NCBI GenBank assembly: GCA_028826165.1
Contig: JAPDFW010000016.1
Span: forward strand, 16,789-80,788
Direction of reading: 5' to 3'
DNA length: 64,000 nt
Source: Anaeramoeba ignava BMAN
Lineage: Eukaryota; Protista; Anaeramoebae
Shown: piece after piece, positions 24,722 to 36,390 of the stretch
How the letters are laid out: each line of letters opens with the position of its first letter
Numbering within the stretch: the first letter of the stretch is position 1
Notes under the pieces: generated by a model
What the model saw: only the letters and a program-made list of their open reading frames with translations
Told to the model about the DNA's origin: nothing
Database searches by the model: none
Position numbers and translations under genes: made by a program

Positions 24722-26899
24722 ATGAAAAACAGAAATTTATTTAAAATGTTTGAATCAAAACAAGAAAATAATCAAATCCAAATTGAATTAAGACATATTA
24801 ATCAAAAATTTAAAATTCCAAATATTAAAACAATTTCATATAAAAATGCTGTTTCCTTTTGTTCAAGAAAACTTAATCTTGAAGAAAATCAGATTTATTT
24901 TTTAAATCAAAATATTCCAATTAAAGAAAAAGAAATTTTTTATGAATCAATAAATGAAAGTATTCAAAAATTAACAGAACAAAGTCGAAAAATATGTAAT
25001 AATTATTATATTATTGATGTTGTAAATCCAGATAAATTTCAAGAAGAATCAAAAAAACAAGAAGAAAGAATAAGAAGAGAACAAGAACAAGAACAAGAAA
25101 GAATAAGAAAACAAAAAGAAAATCAAGAAATAATACGACAAAAAGAAAATCAAGAAAGAATAAGAAGAGAAAAAGAAAAACAAGAACAAGAAAGAATAAG
25201 AAGAGAAGGAGAAAAACAAGAAAGGATAAGAAGAGAAAGTGAAAATCAAGAACAAGAAAGAATAAGAAGAGAAAAAGAAAATCAAGAAAGAATAAGAAGA
25301 GAAAAAGAAAATCAAGAAAGAATAAAACAAAAAGAAGAAGAAAGAATAAGAAAAAGAGAAAAAGCTAAAGATTTAAATCAAAAAACCAAAGGAATTGCTG
25401 AATTTAGATTGATTGATTATGATGAATATCAAAAATTATCAAATTTAAATTATGGTGGAATTGAAATTAAATTTTTATTTAAAAATCAAAAATATTCAAT
25501 ATTCCAAGCTGAAAATTGGTTAAAAGAAGATTCAATTAAATTTTGTTCTGAAAAATTTGAAATTTCAAGATCAAGAATTAATTTAGTTTATAATGAATTT
25601 GTTATTCCAAATCTTGATTATTTATTGGATGGAATAAACAAAATTAATTCATTTTTAAATCAAACTAGGAATAACAGAAACAATATAATCTCAGTTGATG
25701 TTATTGATATAGTTGATTATAATTTTATTCCTTATTTTATTAATCAAGATAAAATTTATAAAATTGAAAAAATTCAACTTCCAAAAAAAAATCAATCAAA
25801 TTGTGAAACAATCCCAATTCCAATTAATAAATCAATTAAAAATCAAAAAGAAATCAAAGAAAATATTACAATTAAAATTGAAGAAGATACATTTTCAGAA
25901 ACAAATGAAATTCAAATTATTTTTATGAAAGAAAAGAATAGAAATAATCATAATCAAGAAATTGAAGAAAATCCAATGAAATATCCATTTGATATATCAA
26001 CAAAAAACAAAGAACAACCAAAAAAGCCAGTTGAAATAATATTTGAACCAAAAACATTTGAAATTGAAGAAGGAAATATATTAAGTTTATTTCATTATAA
26101 TGAAGAAAAAAAAGAATGGGAAGAAGAAGAAGAAAATATTTTTATTAGTCCTGAAACTGGAAAATTAAAAGTTGTTTTAAATCATTTCAGTATCCATTAT
26201 GCCAAAGAAATTAAACCTCCCAAAATTGATTTAGATGAAAAACTATTTGATGCAAATTGGAATGCATTTTGGCCAGAAAATTATAATAATGAAGAAATTA
26301 GAGGAGGAATGCCTTATTATGTCGCAAAACTTTTTGAAAGACAATCATTATTAGTACCAGATTTTTATAAATATGAAGATTGGTGTGTAGCTTTTCATGG
26401 AACAGCTTATAAAGTACTTGATCCAGTTGTTGGAAAAAAAGAAGGATTAATAGCAACTGATAGAACTTGGGGATATGGAGTTTATTGTTCACCAAGTTAT
26501 AAATATGCATCAATTTATGGAATTGGAGCTCATTTTGATGAAGATCAAAATTTATGGGTTTATCCAAGACATAGTTGGATTCTTAATTTTCTTCCTGATG
26601 AAAAACCTGATAAAACAGAAATTACTCTTTTAATTTTGCAACTTAGAGTTAAACTTTCAAATTTTAATCCTTATCCTTATGGAAGTAATGCTAATAAAAA
26701 TGATTATGATATTTTTCCAGAAACTTGGCAATATTCTATGTTCAATAAATTTAAATATTGTTGTAATGATCGTAATTTTAATTCTAATGAAATTGAATGG
26801 AGAATTAAAGATCCTAAAAATATTAAAGTTTATGGAATTTTAACAAGAACAATTAAATTAAAAGAATTAAAAGAATGGATTAAACAAATTGAATGGTAA
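24722..26899 (+). CDS. Tandem family copy C (same architecture, ART domain intact)
   Basis: 725 aa; FHGT, YCSPSYKYA, EIEW; HFS at 26183-26191. Confidence 0.75.
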   Translation: MKNRNLFKMFESKQENNQIQIELRHINQKFKIPNIKTISYKNAVSFCSRKLNLEENQIYFLNQNIPIKEKEIFYESINESIQKLTEQSRKICNNYYIIDVVNPDKFQEESKKQEERIRREQEQEQERIRKQKENQEIIRQKENQERIRREKEKQEQERIRREGEKQERIRRESENQEQERIRREKENQERIRREKENQERIKQKEEERIRKREKAKDLNQKTKGIAEFRLIDYDEYQKLSNLNYGGIEIKFLFKNQKYSIFQAENWLKEDSIKFCSEKFEISRSRINLVYNEFVIPNLDYLLDGINKINSFLNQTRNNRNNIISVDVIDIVDYNFIPYFINQDKIYKIEKIQLPKKNQSNCETIPIPINKSIKNQKEIKENITIKIEEDTFSETNEIQIIFMKEKNRNNHNQEIEENPMKYPFDISTKNKEQPKKPVEIIFEPKTFEIEEGNILSLFHYNEEKKEWEEEEENIFISPETGKLKVVLNHFSIHYAKEIKPPKIDLDEKLFDANWNAFWPENYNNEEIRGGMPYYVAKLFERQSLLVPDFYKYEDWCVAFHGTAYKVLDPVVGKKEGLIATDRTWGYGVYCSPSYKYASIYGIGAHFDEDQNLWVYPRHSWILNFLPDEKPDKTEITLLILQLRVKLSNFNPYPYGSNANKNDYDIFPETWQYSMFNKFKYCCNDRNFNSNEIEWRIKDPKNIKVYGILTRTIKLKELKEWIKQIEW

Positions 26900-27133
26900 T
26901 CAATTTAAAAAATAATTGATCATTTTTCCTTTTTTTTTTAAATTCGAAGAGCAATTTAATAACAAAAACATTCTTTATTTTTATTTTTCCGGTTTTTATT
27001 TCTTTTTTTTTTTTATTATTTCAAAAAAAAAATAATTTATCCACTTTTTTTATTTTCATTTTTTTATTTTTTTTTTAAACACACAAAACACAAATTAAAC
27101 ACACAAATTAAACACAAATTAAATACAAATAAA

Positions 27134-29470
27134 ATGAAAAACACAAATTTATTTAAAATGTTTGAATCAAAACAACAAAATAATCAAATCCAAATTGAAT
27201 TAAGACATATTAATCAAAAATTTAAGATTCCAAATATTAAAACAATTTCATATAAAAATGCTGTTTCTTTTTGTTCAAGAAAACTTAATCTTGAAGAAAA
27301 TCAAATTTATTTTTTAAATCAAAATATTCCAATTAAAGAAAAAGAAATTTTTTATGAATCAATAAATGAAAGTATTCAAAAATTAACAGAACAAAGTCGA
27401 AAAATATGTAATAATTATTATATTATTGATGTTGTAAAACCAGATAAATTTCAAGAAAAATTAAAAAAACAAGAAGAAAGAATAAATCAAGAAGAAGAAG
27501 AAAAAGAAAGAATAAGACAACAAAAAGAAAATCAAGAAAGAATACGACAACAAGAACAAGAAAGAATGAGAATAGAAAAAGAAAATCAAGAAAGAATAAG
27601 AATAGAACAAGAAAATCAAGAAAGAATAAGAATAGAAAATCAAGAAAGAATAAGAAGAGAGCAAGAAAGAATACAACAACAAGAACAAGAAAGAATAAGA
27701 AGAGAACAAGAAAGAATAAGAATAGAAAAAGAAAATCAAGAAAGAATACAACAACAAGAACAAGAAAGAATAAGAAGAGAACAAGAAAGAATAAGAAGAG
27801 AACAAGAAAAAGAAAGAATAAGAAGAGAACAAGAAAGAATAAGAATAGAAAAACAAAATCAAGAAAGAATAAGAATAGAAAGTGAAAGAGAACAAGAAAG
27901 AATTAAAAGAGAAAAAGAAGAAGAAGAAAGAATAAAAAAAAAATACAAAGCTAAAGATTTAAATGAAAAAACCAAAGGAATTGCTGAATTTAGATTGATT
28001 GATTATGATGAATATCAAAAATTATCAAATTTAAATTATGGTGGAATTGAAATTAAATTTTCATTTAAAAATCAAAGATATTCAATATTCCAAGCTGAAA
28101 ATTGGTTAAAAGAAGATTCAATTAAATTTTGTTCTGAAAAATTTGAAATTTCAAGATCAAGAATTAATTTAGTTTATAATGAATTTGTTATTCCAAATCT
28201 TGATTATTTATTGGATGGAATAAACAAAATAAATTCATTTTTAAATCAAACTAGGAATAACAGAAACAATATAATTTCAGTTGATGTTATTGATATAGTT
28301 GATTATAATTTTATTCCTTATTTTAATAATCAAGATAAATTTTATAAAATTGAAAAAATTCAACTTCCAAAAAAAAATCAATTAAATTGTGAAACAATCC
28401 CAATTCGAATTAATAAATCAATTAAAAATCAAAAAGAAATCAAAGAAAATATTACAATTAAAATTGAAGAAGATACATTTTCAGAAACAAATGAAATTCA
28501 AATTATTTTTATGAAAGAAAAGAATAGAAATAATCATAATCAAGAAATTGAAGAAAATCCAATGAAATATCCATTTGATATATCAACAAAAAACAAAGAA
28601 CAACCAAAAAAGCCAGTTGAAATAATATTTGAATCAAAAATATTTGAAATTGAAGAAGGAAACACATTAAGTTTATTTCATTATAATGAAGAAAAAAAAG
28701 AATGGGAAGAAGAAGAAGAAAATATTTTTATTAGTCCTGAAACTGGAAAATTAAAAGTTGTTTTAAATCATTTTAGTATTGATTATGTTAAAAAAATTAA
28801 ACCTCCCAAAATTGATTTAGATGAAAAAGTATTTGATCCAAATTGGAATGTATTTTGGCCAGAGGATTATAGTAATGAAGAATTTAGAGGAGGAATGCGT
28901 TATTATGTTGCTCGAGGATTTGAAAGACAAGCATTATTAATACCAGATTTTTATAAATATGAAGATTGGTGTGTAGCTTTTCATGGAACAGCTTATAAAG
29001 TACTTGATCCAATTGTTGGAAAAAAAGAAGGATTAATTATTGGAAACAATAATGCGCATGGAAAAGGAATTTATTGTTCACCAAGTTATAAATATGCATC
29101 AATTTATGGAATTGGAGCTCATTTTGATGAAAATAAAAATTTATGGGTTTATCCAAAATACACTAGTTGGTTATCAAGAACAATGAGAGATAGAATGGAT
29201 AATGAAACTTATATTACTCTTTTAATTTTGCAACTTAGAGTTAAACTTTCAAATTTTAATCCTTATCCTGGTGGATATTTTGCTAATAAAGATGATTATG
29301 ATATTTTTCCAGAAACTTTTTCAAACACTGGATATTGTTGTAATGATCGTAATTTTAATTCTAATGAAATTGAATGGAGAATTAAAGATCCTAAAAATAT
29401 TAAAGTTTATGGAATTTTAACAAGAACTCTTACATTAAAAGAATTTAAAGAATGGATTAAAAAGAAGTGA
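27134..29470 (+). CDS. Tandem family copy D (same architecture, divergent ART loops)
   Basis: 778 aa; FHGT, HGKGIYCSPSYKYA, EIEW; HFS at 28769-28777. Confidence 0.75.
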   Translation: MKNTNLFKMFESKQQNNQIQIELRHINQKFKIPNIKTISYKNAVSFCSRKLNLEENQIYFLNQNIPIKEKEIFYESINESIQKLTEQSRKICNNYYIIDVVKPDKFQEKLKKQEERINQEEEEKERIRQQKENQERIRQQEQERMRIEKENQERIRIEQENQERIRIENQERIRREQERIQQQEQERIRREQERIRIEKENQERIQQQEQERIRREQERIRREQEKERIRREQERIRIEKQNQERIRIESEREQERIKREKEEEERIKKKYKAKDLNEKTKGIAEFRLIDYDEYQKLSNLNYGGIEIKFSFKNQRYSIFQAENWLKEDSIKFCSEKFEISRSRINLVYNEFVIPNLDYLLDGINKINSFLNQTRNNRNNIISVDVIDIVDYNFIPYFNNQDKFYKIEKIQLPKKNQLNCETIPIRINKSIKNQKEIKENITIKIEEDTFSETNEIQIIFMKEKNRNNHNQEIEENPMKYPFDISTKNKEQPKKPVEIIFESKIFEIEEGNTLSLFHYNEEKKEWEEEEENIFISPETGKLKVVLNHFSIDYVKKIKPPKIDLDEKVFDPNWNVFWPEDYSNEEFRGGMRYYVARGFERQALLIPDFYKYEDWCVAFHGTAYKVLDPIVGKKEGLIIGNNNAHGKGIYCSPSYKYASIYGIGAHFDENKNLWVYPKYTSWLSRTMRDRMDNETYITLLILQLRVKLSNFNPYPGGYFANKDDYDIFPETFSNTGYCCNDRNFNSNEIEWRIKDPKNIKVYGILTRTLTLKEFKEWIKKK

Positions 29471-29768
29471 TTTTTTCTTTTTTCTTTTTTCTTTTTTGAA
29501 ATCAAATAAAAACAAAAATGATTTACTTTTTTTTTTTGACTAAATTTGATTTTTTACTTGGAAAACTAATTGATTCCATTTTCTTTTGAGTTTTTTTTTG
29601 TGGAATTAACAACTAGTAAAATTTTTTTTTCTGAAGCAAAAAGCAAAAAGTAAAAAAAAAAGAAGAACAAAACAACAAATTGAAAAAAAAAATGATTAAA
29701 AGAAAGAAAGAAAAAAAAAAACTGATGAAATTTTGGTTGATCAACTAAATAAAATTGGGATAAAAAAA

Positions 29769-32614
29769 TTAATTCCAAAATTGGGAATTTTGATGATTTT
29801 CAAAGTTGTTAAGTTTATTAAAATTATCAAATGGCATTGTTGTTTCTTGAGGTTGAGGTTGATTAGCGAACATATAAGGAGGAGCATAATATCGATTTTG
29901 ATTTGTGAATTCTTGAGGATAAAAACCGTAATATGATGGGAAATTAAACTGAGGATAAACAAACGGAGGATTTTGGAAGTTGAAAAATTGTTCGTTTGGC
30001 TGAACCGCATAAACAAATTGAGGAGATGAATTCTGAGATGGAAATGAGGGGAAAACTTTTCTTCTCTTTGTTTCAATGTCTTCGATCGCTTCCAAAAGAA
30101 GGTTGATTTTTTCTTGTTTTATTATTGGTTGATTCACTTGCTTTTTAGATTGAACTGGCAAATCTTCTTTTCTTTTTTTGCTTTTTTTTGTTTTTCTTGG
30201 TTTTTGAGTTTGCTTTGTTTTGGTGTTTCTTTTGTAGTTGATTTGTGGCTTTTTTGGGATTGAAAGAAGAGATGTTAAAAACTTCCCTAAAGTGACATTT
30301 TCTGAGATTTCGTTAAATTTGATGATTTTTGGTGATGAAAATTCAAATGGTGGTGGATTTCTGTTGAGAGGATCATTTGGATCAGAATTTGGGAAAGTTG
30401 CCAAGTAATTTTGTTTCAATAAATTTTGGATATTCGATGTCAGTTTTGATGTCATTTCGCTTTGTTTTTTGTTTTTGATTGTTTGATTTTTAAGTCGAAG
30501 TTTAAGTTGTTCTGACATTTCGAGTAATTGAAGGATTTTTGCTCTTTTTTGTTTATGAATTTCTACAATTTTGCGAGAGAAAGAATCAACTGAAGCTAGA
30601 ATTTTAGTTTGATTTTTGCGAAGTGTTACTGCTCCTTTTCTTTTGTTTGTTTCTGTGATTAATCCAAGTCCTTTGAATACTGATAAGACTGTACAGATTC
30701 TTTGTCGAGCGAAGCCTGTGTTTTCTGAGAGTTGTTCTCTTGTTTGTGGTTCTAAATATTTTATTTAGATTTTTTTAAATATTGATTTAATATTTTATTT
30801 AATATTTTATTTAATATTTATTTAAATATTGATTTAAATATTGATTTAAATATTGATTTAAATATTGATTTAAATATTGATTTAAAATATTGATTTAAAT
30901 ATTGATTTAAATATTGATTTAAATATTTGATTTAAATATTTGATTTAAATATTTATTTAAATATTTGATTTAAATATTTGATTTAAATATTTGATTTAAA
31001 TATTTGATTTAAATATTGATTTAAATATTGATTTAAATATTTTATTTAAATATTTAATTTAAATATTTATTTAAATATTTATTTAAATATTGATTTAAAT
31101 ATTTGATTTAAATATTTGATTTAAATATTGATTTAATATTGATTTAAATATTGATTTAAATATTTGATTTAAATATTTGATTTTAAATATTTGATTTAAA
31201 TATTGATTTAAATATTTATTTAAATATTAATTTAAATATTTAATTTAAATATTTATTTAAATATTTATTTAAATATTTTATTTAAATATTGTTGATTTAA
31301 ATATTTTTATTTTAAATATTAATTTAAATATTTATTTAAATATTTAATTTAAATATTCATTTTAATATTAATTTAAATATTTATTTAAATATTAATTTAA
31401 ATATTTATTTAAATATTCAATTTAAATATTTATTTAAATATTAATTTAAATATTTATTTAAATATTCAATTTAAATATTGATTTAAATATTTTATTTAAA
31501 ATTTATTTAAATATTTATTAAATATTTATTTAAATATTTATTAAATATTTATTTAATATTGATTTAAATATTAATTTAAATATTTGATTTAAATATTGAT
31601 TTAAATATTTATTTAAATATTGATTTAATATTGATTTAAAAATTATTGATTTAAATATTGATTTAAATATTGATTTAAATATTGATTTAAATATTGATTT
31701 AAATATTGATTTAATATTGATTTAAATATTTGATTTAAATATTGATTTAAATATTTGATTTAATTATTTGATTTAAATATTGATTTAAATATTTATTTAA
31801 ATATTGATTTAAATATTGATTTAAATATTTATTTAAATATTAATTTAAATATTGATTTAAATATTTGATTTAAATATTTATTTAAATATTAATTTAAATA
31901 TTGATTTAAATATTTGATTTGAATATTGATTTAAATATTTGATTTAAATATTGATTTAATTATTGATTTAAATATTGATTTAATATTGATTTAAATATTG
32001 ATTTAAATATTTTATTTAATATTGATTTAAATATTGATTTAAATATTGATTTAAATATTGATTTAAAATTGATCAAAAATTAATTGAATTTTTCTTATTT
32101 ATTTTTTTTTATTAAGGTTCACTTGTTCAATATTTAAAAAAGGAAAAAAAAGGAAAAAAAATTTTTAAATACCTTTTTTAAGTTCTTTTATAATCAAGAA
32201 ACAAAGCATATAAATGGTTCTAACAAGTCTATTTCTTTGCAAATGGTCAAGTAATTGAGGACTTCCAACAAAATCACTAGTTTCTAAAGGAGAACCACCT
32301 AAAAAAACATAAGACCAAAACGGATTCAAAACGAACTTTTTATGTTGAGGTTGAGATTGTGATTGTGATTGAGTTTGTGATTGAGTTTGAGTTTTTTCCG
32401 CATATTTTTGTTCAATAAATAAACCAACTCTTGTAAATAAACCAACTAATCTACTTAAATTAATCGGAAATAATTCAGTGTCTTTTTGGGGGTGTTGTTC
32501 AGTAAATGCTTTTAAAACTTCTTCTAATACGAATACTTTTGATACTTTTGGTGAGGTAAATAAAAATACTCCAAGATCATCAACAACTTGATAAAAATCT
32601 AAGCAATTTAGCAT
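29769..32614 (-). CDS. Putative winged-helix (E2F/DP-like) transcription factor; exons 32614-32173 and 30751-29769
   Basis: A GT-AG intron (32172-30752) joins the two ORFs in frame; exon 2 starts PQTREQLSENTGFARQRICTVLSVFKGLGLI, resembling E2F RRIYDIxNVLEGIGLI; Q/P/F-rich C-terminus. Confidence 0.6.
30760..32070. repeat. Intronic 12/13-mer repeat (ATATTGATTTAA)
   Basis: Tandem repeat fills the intron of the winged-helix gene. Confidence 0.9.
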
Positions 32615-33209
32615 TTTGTTGTTTTAATTTTTTTTTAAAAGAATAAAAAATAATTGAAAAATTTTTGTTTTTGTTTTTGTTTTTGTTTTTGTTTTGAAAT
32701 AAATTTAAGAAAATTAAAATTAAGTTGAAAAACAATAATTGAAAAAAAAAATCAAAATGAAAATTAAAAAAAAAGCAAGAAAACTAAGTAAAAAAATGAA
32801 AGAAAAAAAAATAAAAAAAAATTTTTTTTTAATTAAATAAATTAATTAACCAAATTAAAAAATTTAATTGTAAAAAAACCGCCAAATGTTATCTAATTTA
32901 TTCCAACTCATCCTTATTTTTCAATAAAATAATTTTACTTGAGTTGGAAAAAACAAGTGGAAAGTAAATAGATCAATCTTAATTCAAATTTCCTTTTAAA
33001 TTTTTTTATTTATTTTTTTTTTATTTTCCAATTCAAACTCTTCTTTTTTTTATTTATTTTTTTTTTTTAATTAATTACTATTAAGAAAAATTTATTTTTA
33101 TTTATTTTTTTTTTTTTTGATCGCTTTATTTTCAACAAACCAATTTTTTAAATAAAAAATCCAAAATCCAAAAAAAAAAAAACAAATAAAAACCAACCAA
33201 CTAAACAAA

Positions 33210-34490
33210 TAAATAAATATAAATCTAAATATAAATATAAATCTAAATATAAATCTAAATCTAAATTTAAATATAAATATAAATATAAATATAAATATAA
33301 ATATAAATATAAATATAAATATAAATATAAATATAATTATAAATATAAATATAAATATAAATATAAATATAAATATAAATATAAATATAAATATAAATAT
33401 AAATATAAATATAAATATAAATATAAATATAAATATAAATATAAATCTAAATCTAAATCTAAATATAAATCTAAATATAAATATAAATATAAATATAAAT
33501 ATAAATCTAAATATAAATATAAATATAAATCTAAATATAAATCTAAATCTAAATCTAAATATAAATATAAATATAAATCTAAATCTAAATCTAAATCTAA
33601 ATCTAAATCTAAATCTAAATCTAAATCTAAATATAAATCTAAATATAAATCTAAATCTAAATCTAAATCTAAATATAAATATAAATATAAATCTAAATAT
33701 AAATATAAATATAAATCTAAATCTAAATCTAAATCTAAATCTAAATCTAAATATAAATATAAATATAAATCTAAATATAAATATAAATATAAATCTAAAT
33801 CTAAATCTAAATATAAATATAAATCTAAATCTAAATCTAAATCTAAATCTAAATATAAATATATATATAAATATAAATATAAATCTAAATCTAAATATAA
33901 ATATAAATATAAATATAAATATAAATATAAATCTAAATCTAAATCTAAATCTAAATCTAAATCTAAATATATATATAAATATAAATATAAATATAAATAT
34001 AAATATAAATCTAAATATAAATATAAATATAAATCTAAATATAAATATAAATATAAATATAAATATAAATATAAATCTAAATCTAAATCTAAATCTAAAT
34101 CTAAATCTAAATCTAAATATATATATAAATATAAATATAAATCTAAATCTAAATATAAATCTAAATCTAAATATAAATATAAATATAAATCTAAATATAA
34201 ATCTAAATATAAATATAAATATAAATATAAATATTAATCTAAATCTAAATATAAATATAAATCTAAATATAAATATAAATATAAATATAAATATAAATAT
34301 AAATATAAATATAAATATAAATATAAATATAAATATAAATCTAAATATAAATATAAATATAAATATAAATATAAATATAAATATAAATATAAATATAAAT
34401 ATAAATATAAATATAAATATAAATATAAATATAAATCTAAATCCAAATCCAAATCTAAATCTAAATATAAATATAAATATAAATCTAAAA
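33210..34490. repeat. Hexamer microsatellite (TAAATA/TAAATC)
   Basis: Near-perfect 6-bp phase over ~1.3 kb; produces the spurious FIFR ORF. Confidence 0.95.
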
Positions 34491-34601
34491 TGGAAATTCA
34501 ACAGTTTAATTATTTTTATTTTTATGGTTGTTTTTGTTTTTGTTTTTATGTTTGTTGTTTTTGTTTTTAAAAAATCAAAATGTTTTAAAAAAAATAAAAG
34601 A

Positions 34602-35264
34602 TCAAAAATAATTATTAGTTTTTAACAAAGAATTTGTTGTTTCCTTTTGCAATTTATCATTTAAAGCCTGATTTTCAGCAAGAAGTTTTTGGATCGTTTT
34701 TTGAAAAATTTCTGTTTGTTGACGAAGTTTTTGAGCTTCTTCTTCAAGATTTTGATAAAATTGTTTCTTTCTTTCTCTTGATTTCTTTGCATTCAATCGA
34801 TTACGAAGTTGTCTTCTTTTCACTTTTTCTTCAGGATTTAGATTTGCTGCTTCAGATTTAGTCATTTCTCGAAGAAGATTTTCTTCTGAATTTTGTTTTT
34901 CTAATTCGTTTTTTTCATTTGATTTTTTTTTGCTTTTTTCTGTTCTTCTTGATTTAATTCCGTTTTCGTCATTTTGTTCCACTTTTTTTTTCTTCTTTCT
35001 TTCTTTTCGATTCTGGTTTTTTTGAGTAATTTGTTTTCTTTTTTGAGACTTTTCTAAAATTTCTAATTCTTTTCTTTTTAATTCGTTTTCTTTTTGCATT
35101 AATTGTTGTTTTTCTAATTCAAGTTGAAAAGAAATTGTTTGAAATTGAGAAAGAAAATCTGAAAATGTTTGATTTTGTAAATTTTGTGAGTTTTGATTTG
35201 CAGAAAAGGCTGTAAAAGCTAAATTTGTTTCAGGAAACTGAAAACTTGATTCAAAAATAGACAT
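34602..35264 (-). CDS. bZIP transcription factor (CREB/ATF/AP-1-like)
   Basis: Basic region EEKVKRRQLRNRLNAKKSRERKK followed by the heptad zipper LEEEAQKLRQQTEIFQKTIQKLLAENQAL; ATG at 35264. Confidence 0.88.
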   Translation of the reverse strand: MSIFESSFQFPETNLAFTAFSANQNSQNLQNQTFSDFLSQFQTISFQLELEKQQLMQKENELKRKELEILEKSQKRKQITQKNQNRKERKKKKKVEQNDENGIKSRRTEKSKKKSNEKNELEKQNSEENLLREMTKSEAANLNPEEKVKRRQLRNRLNAKKSRERKKQFYQNLEEEAQKLRQQTEIFQKTIQKLLAENQALNDKLQKETTNSLLKTNNYF

Positions 35265-35401
35265 TTTTAAAATTGAAAAAAGATTTTTTTTTTTAAAAAG
35301 ATTTTTCTTTTTAAAATGAACCAAAAAAAAAAGAATCATTCAAACGTCATTTGTTTATTTATTCTTTTATTCTTTTAATTTTTTTTTTTCCGATTATCAA
35401 G

Positions 35402-35409
35402 TGACGTCA
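35402..35409. promoter_or_regulatory. Perfect CRE palindrome TGACGTCA upstream of the bZIP gene (ACGTCA half-site at 35344-35349)
   Basis: CpG-containing 8-mer in almost GC-free DNA, about 140 bp upstream of the bZIP ATG. Confidence 0.55.
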
Positions 35410-35544
35410 TTTAAATTTAAATTAAAAAATCCAAATTTAAAATTTTAATTTAAATTTTATTTTTATTTTTAATTATTTTTGTTTTTAAAAAACTGATTGA
35501 TTTTGAAGTAAAAAAGAAAAAGAAAAAGTAAAAAAGAAAAAAAT

Positions 35545-36390
35545 CTACATATTTTGTTTTTTCCTTAAAAATAATTGTTCAGATAAATCACGAATTTGAT
35601 TCTGAAGTTGTTCATTTCGAAGTTGAAATTGTTGTTTAATTTTTTCCATTTCTTGATGATGAGTATTTTCCAAAGTATTTAAAGCTTCTTCCAAATCGGA
35701 AAGTTGATTTTGAATAAACTCAACTAAAGGTTCAACTCTTTCTTTAATCTTTTCAATTTGATAGTGTTTCAATTCTTGAATTTGAGGATTTGGTGGAGGA
35801 TCTGAGTTAATCAATCTATCATCAGTTTGAATATTTTGAATATTTTGAATATTTTGAATATTTTGAGAATTTTGAATATTTTGAATAGTTTGAATATTTT
35901 GAATAGTTTGAATATTTTTTAAATTTTGAATATTTTGAACATTTTGAACATTTTGAAAATTATTAAAATTTTGGATATTTTGAATATTTTGAATATCATT
36001 TGGATTTTGAATATCATTTGAATTATGGTTTTCATTTGGATTTTGAGGATCATTTAAATTTTGAGTATTTTTTAAATTATCGAAATTTTTTAAATTATCG
36101 AAATTTTCTCCATTTTGAATACTTTCTGGATTTTTGGGAATATTCAATGAATGAATGGGTTTAGACATTTGCTGAGAAATATTATTGTTTTGTCTAGATA
36201 TTTGACTATTGATTGCTGCAGCTAAAAGAAGGAATTGTTGTGAAGCCTGAAGTAGTATTCTTGATAACTTTGGTTTATTTTCAACGTGAAAATCAAATAA
36301 TCCTGAAGGATTAAAGAGATCAAATTCAGTTGAAAATTCATCATTATTTTTGATTTCGTTTCCTGGAATTTTATGTTCTCCAATATTCAT
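35545..36390 (-). CDS. Hypothetical protein with QNI repeats and C-terminal coiled coil
   Basis: 281-aa ORF; non-repetitive ends flank (QNI)n; heptad pattern at the C-terminus. Confidence 0.65.
   Translation of the reverse strand: MNIGEHKIPGNEIKNNDEFSTEFDLFNPSGLFDFHVENKPKLSRILLQASQQFLLLAAAINSQISRQNNNISQQMSKPIHSLNIPKNPESIQNGENFDNLKNFDNLKNTQNLNDPQNPNENHNSNDIQNPNDIQNIQNIQNFNNFQNVQNVQNIQNLKNIQTIQNIQTIQNIQNSQNIQNIQNIQNIQTDDRLINSDPPPNPQIQELKHYQIEKIKERVEPLVEFIQNQLSDLEEALNTLENTHHQEMEKIKQQFQLRNEQLQNQIRDLSEQLFLRKKQNM

Noticed and set aside
20121-27895. Phe/Ser-rich antisense ORFs in the ART genes
   Set aside because: Reverse complement of the purine-rich E/R/K coding tracts
33098-34501. 467-aa FIFR ORF
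   Set aside because: Translation of a stop-free hexamer microsatellite
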